Below, piece after piece: positions 18,354 to 26,606 of a DNA stretch of 31,179 nucleotides (positions within the stretch are counted from its first letter, which is position 1; each line of letters opens with the position of its first letter). The DNA is from Candidatus Thorarchaeota archaeon. GTDB lineage: Archaea; Asgardarchaeota; Thorarchaeia; Thorarchaeales; Thorarchaeaceae. A program made the position numbers and the translations under genes. The stretch spans positions 2,680,830 to 2,712,008 of the forward strand of contig CP070761.1 in the NCBI GenBank assembly GCA_020348985.1, read 5' to 3'. The notes under the pieces were generated by a model. The model did no database searches and had not been told where the DNA came from. It was given only the letters and a program-made list of their open reading frames with translations.

Positions 18354-19470
18354 TTCCGATATATGTCAATGAAGCCAATAATGCTGTCAAATGAATGAAG
18401 GGGTTTCTGGCCTGAGTCAATCTGTGGTCAATCTCTGCCAGCCTTTCAAGAGCGGTTCTGACAACTTCGGGTTCAAGTTGGCGCCTCACTAAATCGCGTT
18501 GAATCTCCAAAGAGACTTCACTGGCCAAATAACCCTCCAGAGCAAGAAGGTTTCTCAATGTCTTTCTTGCCTTGAGGAACTTGCCGGAGAACGCGTGGGA
18601 CACCATCTCGTGCACTTCTCTAGTAAGTGTGGTCTGATTGACCTCGTACACTGTTCTTTCTGTAACGCTGGAGGTTCCCGCAGCTGCTACTTGAAGCAGG
18701 TTGATTGCCCTTCGAAGGTCACCAAGGGACTCTTTGGCCACAGCAGCAACACCACCATCGTCAATAGTGATATTCTCGCTTGATGCTATCTTGGCAATAT
18801 GTTTCTCGATTTCCTCCAGACTTGGGGATTGGAACCTCAGAATCAACGACCGTGAGAGAATGGCGGGACTCCATCCTGAGAGTGTATGTGTTATCAAGAT
18901 GAATCGGGTTACGTCACTGTAGATTTCCATGGTCCTTCGTAGTGCCTGTTGCATGTTATTGTCGAGAGCGTCGGCTTCTTCAAGAACAAGAATCTTGACA
19001 GGTACCTCGCTGAAGGTGTAGGTAGACGCAAACATTCGAATTGCAGTCTGTAGCATCTGACTTCGGTTGGGTTCTTTACTCTGTCCACGAGTCTTTAATG
19101 CTGCTTTAGCTTCTCTGTAGACTAGCGACATGTACTCGTCGAGTTCGGTTCTTTCGGACTGGTCGAGTTTCGCCAAGTCTTGAAGACTTCTCTTGGCTTT
19201 TGAAACAGGCATTTCGCGAATGTCACGGACGTTTAGTAGCTTGTAGTTGGATGCATAGTCATCTCCAAGCGCTTCTCGTGCATATACTTCCACAGCGGCT
19301 GACTTGCCCGTCCCCGAAGGGCCGTAAAAGATCATGTTGGGGAAGCTCTGGTTCTGTGTGAGACTCTTTAGATGTGATAGTACTGTATCCTGACCCACGA
19401 ATTGATCCCATGATGTGGGTCGGTATTTCACACTCCAAAGAGAAGGCTCCAATGGTAGCACCAATCGCAT
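18337..19470 (-). CDS. Replication factor C small subunit-like AAA+ ATPase with an internal insertion
   Basis: WSVKYRP, FYGPSGTGKS, LVLEEADAL, QQALRRTME, ILSR and GDLRRAINLLQ; RFC C-terminal collar region. Confidence 0.85.
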   Translation of the reverse strand: MRLVLPLEPSLWSVKYRPTSWDQFVGQDTVLSHLKSLTQNQSFPNMIFYGPSGTGKSAAVEVYAREALGDDYASNYKLLNVRDIREMPVSKAKRSLQDLAKLDQSERTELDEYMSLVYREAKAALKTRGQSKEPNRSQMLQTAIRMFASTYTFSEVPVKILVLEEADALDNNMQQALRRTMEIYSDVTRFILITHTLSGWSPAILSRSLILRFQSPSLEEIEKHIAKIASSENITIDDGGVAAVAKESLGDLRRAINLLQVAAAGTSSVTERTVYEVNQTTLTREVHEMVSHAFSGKFLKARKTLRNLLALEGYLASEVSLEIQRDLVRRQLEPEVVRTALERLAEIDHRLTQARNPFIHLTALLASLTYIGNEGQN

Positions 19471-19656
19471 GTCATCTACTCAGCTAATAAGTGCACCCCA
19501 ACCATCGAACTGTTTTGGGCAGTGGAATAATGTTTCTTTTAGACTAGCTCTTGGAACACGTGTTCCAAGTCAATTCGTTCATCTCCTTAACCAAACCAAA
19601 AGCATTATGTGCAATCCTCATCACGGCGCTTGGTTGCGAAACTCATTACCCGGGAT

Positions 19657-21381
19657 ATGAACTCAAAGATGCCAAAAGAGAATCTTGAGGCAGAACTCAA
19701 GCATACGTTCAGAGAAGATCTGGTTGTTGCCTGTCAATACTGGGGTGTCGACATGAGCACCAGTCAATCAGGCGAGTCTCTCATCAAGATGCTTGCTGAG
19801 AAAATGCGAAATGATGAGTTTCGACTACGCATGTTCCAGACCTTCACGCCTCGGGAGATTGACCTCCTTGGAATGCTAGCACTCAGCGGAGGTGCAATGA
19901 GCTACGATCGACTGAAGCCATTCAGAAAGCTGTATAGCTATGGTCAATTGAATCAGACAGAGAAAGATCTTAGAAAGAAAGGCATTATCATTCGTCGAAT
20001 GATGTCAAGATTGACAGATACAGGTCGTGAGGTCGCTGAATTTAAGATACTCGAGTTCTTTCTCCCCCATTTGATTGAATACTTCACAGCCAAACCAACG
20101 CCCAGTCCAGATAAGCCTGAGAAGGCTAGGAACTTCGTTGACGAACGTGACACAATACTCGTGGACATGCTGCTCTTAGTATCCTATTTGGCGAAGAACG
20201 AAGTGAACATGACAAGTGCATGGGAGTTCCCAAAGAGAGAAGCAGAACACATTCAGGAAGCAATGTCGAAGTCTAGTGAGGAACGATTTGATATAGTTCA
20301 GAAACTGGCCCGCAAGTCCGGAGCGTATCGCATTGTGGAGGAGGACCGCGTTGTCCCCGGGCATGTTCAGGCACTTTTCATGGGTCGTCAGGATCTGGTT
20401 TCCCGTAGGCTTCTGCTTTCATCTCTAGGACGCACCCGTGCCATATGGGCAACTCCGGACCAGCCTACTGAGTATACCCTCAACCTAGCAATCTGTCGAC
20501 TTCGAAAGGCAACTCAAGAAGAGTGGATCAGCATAGAAGAGATGCGCGACTGGATTAGGAGTGAGCTATTCGTTGAGAATCAGCCCTTGAAGTGGATTCA
20601 GGTTGATGAAGAGCGAGTGAGAATGGCCATGGAGACCCCGATACTTTTGGGCCTACTCGAAGGTGCCTACAAGGGTCGAAGACTGCTCGCTGTTCGTCTT
20701 ACACAGGTTGGAGAGAGTGTCATTTCTTCGGAGGAATTGACCGAAGAGGATTCAGAGGAGACCTTCTTTGTACAACCTAACTTCGAGGTCACTGTCTTCA
20801 CTTCAGAAATGAATTACTACAAGCTGTATCTGCTGATGCTCTTCACGGAACCTGTCAAGACTGATGTTGTTAGTACATTCCGCATTACTGACAAATCCAT
20901 ATTTCAAGCAATAGAAGTTGGATACAGAGATCATGAACTCCTCGAGTTTCTGGAAACAGAGAGCTCGAAGCCAATTCCCAAGAACGTGAGCAGATCGATA
21001 GCAGACTGGACCTCTCAATCCACATTTGCTACAGTATCAACTGTGACACTCTTTGAGACAGAATCGGAGAGGGATTTTGAAGACTTGATGCTCATTGAAG
21101 ACTTCAAGGAGAATGTAGTACGTCAGATAGGCAAGAATGCCGCGGTCATGAAAGGTGACTCAGAGAAGCTCATTGAGGATCTGAAAAGACATAAAGTTCA
21201 CGTCCGACAATCTGGCAAAGAAGCATCAGAGAGTACACCGAGTGAAAGGGCCGGATTAGCAGAGCAGATGCTGTTGTATGGGGACCAATCTGGAGTTGAT
21301 GCTTCGGGTGACTGCATTGGTTGTCCAGCATTGCAATCATGCAACAAGGCAATCAGACGAAAGCCTCGGGCTGTGAGATGA
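19657..21381 (+). CDS. XPB/Ssl2 N-terminal (Helicase_C_3)-domain protein without ATPase motifs; TFIIH p52/Tfb2-like architecture
   Basis: FVQPNFEV...FRITDKSI..A...G....ELLEFLETESSKPIPKNV...IADW near the C-terminus; no Walker motifs. Start uncertain (19609, 19657 or 19669). Confidence 0.75.
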   Translation: MNSKMPKENLEAELKHTFREDLVVACQYWGVDMSTSQSGESLIKMLAEKMRNDEFRLRMFQTFTPREIDLLGMLALSGGAMSYDRLKPFRKLYSYGQLNQTEKDLRKKGIIIRRMMSRLTDTGREVAEFKILEFFLPHLIEYFTAKPTPSPDKPEKARNFVDERDTILVDMLLLVSYLAKNEVNMTSAWEFPKREAEHIQEAMSKSSEERFDIVQKLARKSGAYRIVEEDRVVPGHVQALFMGRQDLVSRRLLLSSLGRTRAIWATPDQPTEYTLNLAICRLRKATQEEWISIEEMRDWIRSELFVENQPLKWIQVDEERVRMAMETPILLGLLEGAYKGRRLLAVRLTQVGESVISSEELTEEDSEETFFVQPNFEVTVFTSEMNYYKLYLLMLFTEPVKTDVVSTFRITDKSIFQAIEVGYRDHELLEFLETESSKPIPKNVSRSIADWTSQSTFATVSTVTLFETESERDFEDLMLIEDFKENVVRQIGKNAAVMKGDSEKLIEDLKRHKVHVRQSGKEASESTPSERAGLAEQMLLYGDQSGVDASGDCIGCPALQSCNKAIRRKPRAVR

Positions 21382-21449
21382 ATAGCAACTGACCCTATTC
21401 TAAATGGATATCCTTAAGAGAAGGATGACACGGGCCGGCCTAGAAAGCT

Positions 21450-22286
21450 TTGGTGAGAGTCATGCCAGAAGCCAATAATGAGCCAGGCGCAATCATGAGT
21501 TTTATTCAGGACTATCGAATGAAGATGCTGATTCCTGAGCTACTTGTAGTCTTTGGAGTGTGGTATTTACTTCCAGAGTCTCTCACCAGTAACGTCTACT
21601 CTTTTCTTGGATGGCCATGGCTGCTCATTCTACAGCCTATATTCATGGTTCCAAGTGGAATACTTGCCCTAGTTACCGCATTCACTCTGCACGGCATCTA
21701 TCCATTGGACAACTACCATGAAGGGAAGATTCCTGAACTGCCCAAAGCTGCAGTTGCAATGATTGTTGTGTCACTTGTACTACTGCCACTTCTTGTCCTT
21801 TTCCAAATGATTGGTTACTACATGACAGAAGCAACAGAATATTTCTCCCGAAATCCACTATGGGAACGATTCGAGTCATTCGGGGATCTGTTCTTCTATG
21901 CTGGTGCGATGTTCTTTGTGGGGCTCCAGTGGTGGCTTTTTATTCCAGTATTCCTGCTTTCCCAGGGAATCGACGGGATTCACAAAGTTGCACATCACGA
22001 GACCTCAAGTGAGAGAATCACTATGGCATTCTACTTCCTTTGGGTAATCTCCATGCCCTTCTTCTTTGAGCCGGTTGAGATTATCGCGATGGCCGCTCTC
22101 TCAATTCCTGCTTTTGCATTCTATTCATACATCCGACCCTACTACACATACGTAACTGCAATTCACACTGTCAGCTTCGCGGTCTTGGTTCTCGTGACGT
22201 TTTTCATCGGCCCCTATCTGCCACTAGTAGGTCAATGGTTCCCGGGCTTCATTCCGCCGCACGAGCCACCCAGGATCTGGTGGTGA
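21450..22286 (+). CDS. Multi-pass membrane protein of unknown function
   Basis: About seven hydrophobic segments in 278 aa; no family recognised. Confidence 0.7.
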   Translation: MVRVMPEANNEPGAIMSFIQDYRMKMLIPELLVVFGVWYLLPESLTSNVYSFLGWPWLLILQPIFMVPSGILALVTAFTLHGIYPLDNYHEGKIPELPKAAVAMIVVSLVLLPLLVLFQMIGYYMTEATEYFSRNPLWERFESFGDLFFYAGAMFFVGLQWWLFIPVFLLSQGIDGIHKVAHHETSSERITMAFYFLWVISMPFFFEPVEIIAMAALSIPAFAFYSYIRPYYTYVTAIHTVSFAVLVLVTFFIGPYLPLVGQWFPGFIPPHEPPRIWW

Positions 22287-22315
22287 ACAACGGTCGACTG
22301 GCAGACTCCAAAGCA

Positions 22316-22675
22316 TCAATCGAAAGTCGGCTTTCGTGTGGCGAGTTCTTCGTCCTCTTCTCTGAGCTTGTGTTGGAAGGGTCTCCCTTGGCCATATATG
22401 GATGGGTCCATGCCTCTTGTGTTCCGCATTATCACAACGAACCCTCCTCCTTGGACAACGACAGAAGCAAAGCAAATCACCATCACATCAACAAAGTAGG
22501 AATGGACAGTAAACTCGGGTGGCTGAACAACCCATATGGCTGTATAGAGGATGGCCTGAAGTGCTATCCCTATCATCAAAAGTAGGACCCATTTGTTACT
22601 CCAATTATAGGAACTCATGTAATGCTTCACCCGAGATGAGGGTTGGTACATTCGACTTGCCGAGCTGTACACCAA
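22316..22675 (-). CDS. Small membrane protein (about two TM helices)
   Basis: Two hydrophobic stretches and a charged C-terminal tail; co-oriented with the two upstream membrane genes. Start uncertain. Confidence 0.6.
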   Translation of the reverse strand: MVYSSASRMYQPSSRVKHYMSSYNWSNKWVLLLMIGIALQAILYTAIWVVQPPEFTVHSYFVDVMVICFASVVVQGGGFVVIMRNTRGMDPSIYGQGRPFQHKLREEDEELATRKPTFD

Positions 22676-22718
22676 TTAAACATGCCTATGTCCAACTTGT
22701 CTATCGATTCAAATGCTA

Positions 22719-23792
22719 CTATTCGTCTATCATTTTCTCATCATCTAGGTCGGAGGACTCTTCCTGGGCTGGAGTTTCTCTTCGATGATTCATGTCCGAG
22801 GGTCTCGACATTCCTAGCTCTTCAAGAATCTCATCCAAGAACTCGTTGCTTCCCTTGGCTGCTATGTAGGTCTCGAGAGTTCGACGAACCAAAACCACAA
22901 GATCACTTGAAGCAACGTCCCCTGAAGTAGGACTTATCCTGATAATCAAGCTGTCCTCTGTTGGCTCCAAGCTTATGGTTGAGACTGCCTCTAGAATCCT
23001 GCCCGATTTGTCCGTGACTGCCTCGATTCTTGCAGGACTTTCAATTCCCTCAATCCTGGCAACCGCCGCGGGATTTCGTATAGTGTAGTAGTTTCCAGAC
23101 CTGCCAATATCCACACTCACTCCTGCCCACGCTACACCTGGTGTCTTCCACATCAACATCACGGCGTTCTGTAATCTCCTGGGCGAATGAAATGGGAACT
23201 GGCTAGTGACGCTATTTGGCAGCGCTCTTTGCAGGAATGATGCGAGGAAGACACCGAAGACAAGAATAATCGCGCCAAAGAGGTATGGATAGGCTGCTAC
23301 AGCTAAGGGCCAAGTCGCAAGAAGTAGGAACGGAATGCCAACAGCTGCAACCGCCGTTACGATACTCAATAGAAGCATACGGAAATCGTATCGCGAAACC
23401 AAGAACGAATATCTGTCGGCTATTTCGTTCATCATCTGCCTGAATTCAGAAAGATCGACTTCTTGTGTCTTCATCTCCCAGATTGGCTCACGCAGAATTG
23501 CTTGTTGTTTCACCTTCCAAGCCACTAAGAGGATTGGTGGAATTAGACTGGCAAGCACTCCGACGGATGATAGCAGCCATATACCGGGGTTGGAAATGAC
23601 TGCAACCAGCGTGGTCTGCGAGAACGTAAAGCCGAGGAACGCCCACAACAAAAGAACCACGAATAGCACAATCTGGTACCTGGTAATTGGTCTGATTTGT
23701 ACTACAGGTTCCTCCGGCAAAGCGAAACCCCTTTGCAAATCGGGCGCGGCCCTAAACTTAGGGATTGTGGTGTTTTCAGCCGGGTACTCCAA
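22719..23792 (-). CDS. Uncharacterised 4-TM membrane protein, paralog of 23776-24777
   Basis: Two TM hairpins followed by a soluble domain containing PGV...D....G.Y....NP....R.EGIE..A..E. Confidence 0.75.
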   Translation of the reverse strand: MEYPAENTTIPKFRAAPDLQRGFALPEEPVVQIRPITRYQIVLFVVLLLWAFLGFTFSQTTLVAVISNPGIWLLSSVGVLASLIPPILLVAWKVKQQAILREPIWEMKTQEVDLSEFRQMMNEIADRYSFLVSRYDFRMLLLSIVTAVAAVGIPFLLLATWPLAVAAYPYLFGAIILVFGVFLASFLQRALPNSVTSQFPFHSPRRLQNAVMLMWKTPGVAWAGVSVDIGRSGNYYTIRNPAAVARIEGIESPARIEAVTDKSGRILEAVSTISLEPTEDSLIIRISPTSGDVASSDLVVLVRRTLETYIAAKGSNEFLDEILEELGMSRPSDMNHRRETPAQEESSDLDDEKMIDE

Positions 23793-24777
23793 GGTTGCTT
23801 AGAATCCCCTTCAGCTTTCTATTCTCTCCATGAATCCTCTGCCATTCTAGCAAAATGATGGCCACGGCGTTCATTGTGACCAGCCTGACGTCCTTAACAC
23901 CAAGCTCTTGAACTGCTGACTGAATAGGATTCTTTACATAGTAACCCTCGTCATCGTTGCCGGCAAACTTCCGAAAGTATCGATCGACCGAGAGCCACCA
24001 CCATAAGATGTCGTCCTTGCTGTCTTCAGGAAACAGTCTACACATTAGTTGACGGAGTGCACCCTTTTCTTCGGACCATGATTCGACATACGCGGCCTTC
24101 TCAATACCGTCCAACCTCACAATCACTCGTGGATTCTTGTATACGGTGTAGTCGCCCTGCTCGGCTTTATCCAGAACCACACGTAGATATGTGACTCCAG
24201 GAACGTTCAACTGTTTTTTGGCAAGCCATACAGTCTCGCGCATCAATGGTAAGCTAAAATCCTCCGACGCTCCATTTGATGTGGCTAAGAATCCCAATAG
24301 GGTTGATGAAAGAAACAGGACAGGCAGAAAGATTGTCACTACAGGCACTACAAACGATACAGCCGTTGGAATCTCGATTGATGCGTAAGTGGGAAGTCCA
24401 ATTAAGAAAAGGATCAGAAGAACAGGAATGTAGAACAACATGAAGTGGCCATTCACGGTTAGCCGCGGATACTGACGAAGATGCCTCCAAGATAGGGACT
24501 TCGCTTCGTCTAGTTTGAGTTGAACGGGCTGGAAATCCCAATTCGGTTGGCAGTATTCAACACGAGTTTTTGCATGCTTTCCAATCGCAATTCCAAGAAA
24601 GAACACTCCCAACGAGATAGTTAGGTAGAATCCAACAACGAAGACAACGTTTGATAGATTCTCAGTCAACATCCAAGAAGAAAGCACATAGCCGCCAACT
24701 GACAGAATCGCAGATAGCAACCCTGCACCAATTGCGTGCGGCTTATCCGAATTGTAGTTGATGAAATCCCCAGACAA
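23776..24777 (-). CDS. Uncharacterised 4-TM membrane protein, paralog of 22719-23792
   Basis: Same topology and shared motif; TTG start preceded by GGAGG; overlaps the next gene by 17 nt. Confidence 0.75.
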   Translation of the reverse strand: MSGDFINYNSDKPHAIGAGLLSAILSVGGYVLSSWMLTENLSNVVFVVGFYLTISLGVFFLGIAIGKHAKTRVEYCQPNWDFQPVQLKLDEAKSLSWRHLRQYPRLTVNGHFMLFYIPVLLILFLIGLPTYASIEIPTAVSFVVPVVTIFLPVLFLSSTLLGFLATSNGASEDFSLPLMRETVWLAKKQLNVPGVTYLRVVLDKAEQGDYTVYKNPRVIVRLDGIEKAAYVESWSEEKGALRQLMCRLFPEDSKDDILWWWLSVDRYFRKFAGNDDEGYYVKNPIQSAVQELGVKDVRLVTMNAVAIILLEWQRIHGENRKLKGILSNLGVPG

Positions 24778-24907
24778 TTATGTGCCTCCGATTGCCCGCA
24801 TCAAATGAGCTGGTGTCTTTAAGGATTCCTGAATCGAATTGGCTGCCATGGCAGAACACTTATCTTCAATTTATCATTAACTATCGTTAAAGCAATGAGG
24901 GATTATC

Positions 24908-25390
24908 ATGCTGAAAATTGGAGACAAAGCCCCTGATATCATAACGAAAACTGAGAGTGGTACAACATTCAAGTTGAAGGATTATCGTGGAAAGAAAGTG
25001 GCACTGGTATTCTATGTGAAAGACAACACAGGTGGATGTCAGGCACAGCTCTGCGACATACGGGACAATTATGTTGCCTTTAAGAATTCTAACATCATGG
25101 TCCTCGGAATCTCGGGTGGAACTGAGAAGACACATCAGAGTTTCAAGGACAAGAACAATATCCAGTTTCCTTTGCTTATGGATGAGGATCTTTCCTTGGC
25201 CAAGTCCTATGGTGTTTACGAGAAGAAGAAGATGTATGGCAAAGAGTACATGGGGATTGTCCGCACTACTTTCCTAATCGATGAAAACGGAAAGATTGAA
25301 GCAATCTTCGGTGCGGGTCAAGGTCTACAGAAAGTCAAGACAAAAGAGCATGGAACACAGCTTGCTGAGTTCTATGGATTGAAGCTATAG
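24908..25390 (+). CDS. bcp: Peroxiredoxin, BCP/PrxQ family
   Basis: LKIGDKAPD, FYVKDNTGGCQAQLC, KMYGKEYMGIVRTTFLID; GAGG ribosome-binding site. Confidence 0.9.
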   Translation: MLKIGDKAPDIITKTESGTTFKLKDYRGKKVALVFYVKDNTGGCQAQLCDIRDNYVAFKNSNIMVLGISGGTEKTHQSFKDKNNIQFPLLMDEDLSLAKSYGVYEKKKMYGKEYMGIVRTTFLIDENGKIEAIFGAGQGLQKVKTKEHGTQLAEFYGLKL

Positions 25391-25402
25391 GGGATCATCC
25401 AT

Positions 25403-25879
25403 TTGCTTAAGAAGGGAGACAAGGCGCCTGACTTCACAACCGTGGACGAATCAGGGAATCCTTTCAAGTTGAGTGACTACCTGGGTCAGAAGGTCGTGCT
25501 TTACTTTTTTCCGCGTGACTTCACACCAGGATGTACTACACAGGCATGCTCTCTTCGAGACGGTTTCGAGAGCATCGATACAGCAGGGATGAAGGTCTTT
25601 GGAATCTCTGGTGGTGCCGCAGAACTGCATGTCAAATTCATAAAACGATACAATCTGCCTTTCCACATTCTGGTTGACAGTGATCTCAAGATAGCCGAGT
25701 TGTACGACTCAAGAAGCAAGCTGAGCACCCTTGGTTTCGGCACTAAACGCGTAACGTACTTGATTAATGAAGAAGGTGTCATTGAGGAGATCATTGGCGG
25801 CAATATGGGCGTTGAGAAGATTGACGTTGGAAATCATGCTGAACAGATAATGCGAGTATGGAACCTCAAGTTGAGCTAG
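25403..25879 (+). CDS. bcp: Peroxiredoxin, BCP/PrxQ family (second tandem copy)
   Basis: YFFPRDFTPGCTTQAC (PxxxTxxC plus resolving Cys) and RVTYLI. Confidence 0.9.
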   Translation: MLKKGDKAPDFTTVDESGNPFKLSDYLGQKVVLYFFPRDFTPGCTTQACSLRDGFESIDTAGMKVFGISGGAAELHVKFIKRYNLPFHILVDSDLKIAELYDSRSKLSTLGFGTKRVTYLINEEGVIEEIIGGNMGVEKIDVGNHAEQIMRVWNLKLS

Positions 25880-25885
25880 CAGGAG

Positions 25886-26257
25886 TCACTTGTCGGTCAG
25901 AAGAGTATCCTCTTCTTTCCATTCAGGAATGATTCCCGGGTTCATTTCGATTGCCATTTGAGCAATCTCTTTGACTCGCGTCATTACGTGACTATGATAT
26001 TCATGACCCAGGACTGCGGCGTGCAGAATCCTGCCTCTTCTCATCCAGTATAGCTTCAGTTCTCGTCCAACAATCGGGTCAATCATCGCCAAGTAGTCCA
26101 TGCAATCATTAACTGCAATGGACTCGGTCATTGTAATGTCATCTATAGCAGGCCACATCAGGACGTGTGCAACCATCTTTGCTGCTGCAACTAGCTTTCC
26201 ACTTCGGCCCAATGTGGGATCAAGGAATTCGTCAACAAGATCGGATATCTTTCCCAT
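25886..26257 (-). CDS. Hypothetical protein (123 aa)
   Basis: ATG-started ORF filling the gap, with natural-looking composition; no family recognised. Confidence 0.6.
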   Translation of the reverse strand: MGKISDLVDEFLDPTLGRSGKLVAAAKMVAHVLMWPAIDDITMTESIAVNDCMDYLAMIDPIVGRELKLYWMRRGRILHAAVLGHEYHSHVMTRVKEIAQMAIEMNPGIIPEWKEEDTLLTDK

Positions 26258-26498
26258 GGAGTTCTGTTTCTATCATACTATAAATGGTGCTAGAATTCCT
26301 GATACTTCGATTCCACAAATTAGGTCTCTGTCAAGCTTCTGAGTGAAAGCTATGCGTTCTGCACCTAATATAGTCCACTCAAGAGCCATCAAAAGGCGCA
26401 CTCGATAAGGAGGCTTTCACACAATATTCCGGTCTTTTCTCAAAAATAGCCTGTCTACGGATTCAGTAGCCATAGGAGTGTATGAATCATGAAAGACA

Positions 26499-26555
26499 AT
26501 GACAAAGAACAGACTTGACCCAGATGTCCCTGATCCGACTCCCTGGATCTTCTGA
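26499..26555 (+). CDS. Candidate 18-aa small ORF (MTKNRLDPDVPDPTPWIF)
   Basis: Stop codon runs directly into a hairpin and T-tract; AGGAG lies about 20 nt upstream. Confidence 0.3.
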   Translation: MTKNRLDPDVPDPTPWIF

Positions 26556-26596
26556 TGGGGCCACCACCCCATCCCTCTTCTTTTTTTTCTTATTTC
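26554..26596 (+). terminator. Hairpin plus oligo-T terminator-like element
   Basis: GATGGGG-ccacca-CCCCATC (7-bp stem) followed by a pyrimidine tract with T8 at 26581-26588. Confidence 0.55.
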
Positions 26597-26606
26597 GCAG
26601 TCAGAT

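Noticed and set aside
19060-19220. RFC insertion as an intein
   Set aside because: Too short, and it lacks an N-terminal Cys/Ser block and C-terminal His-Asn.
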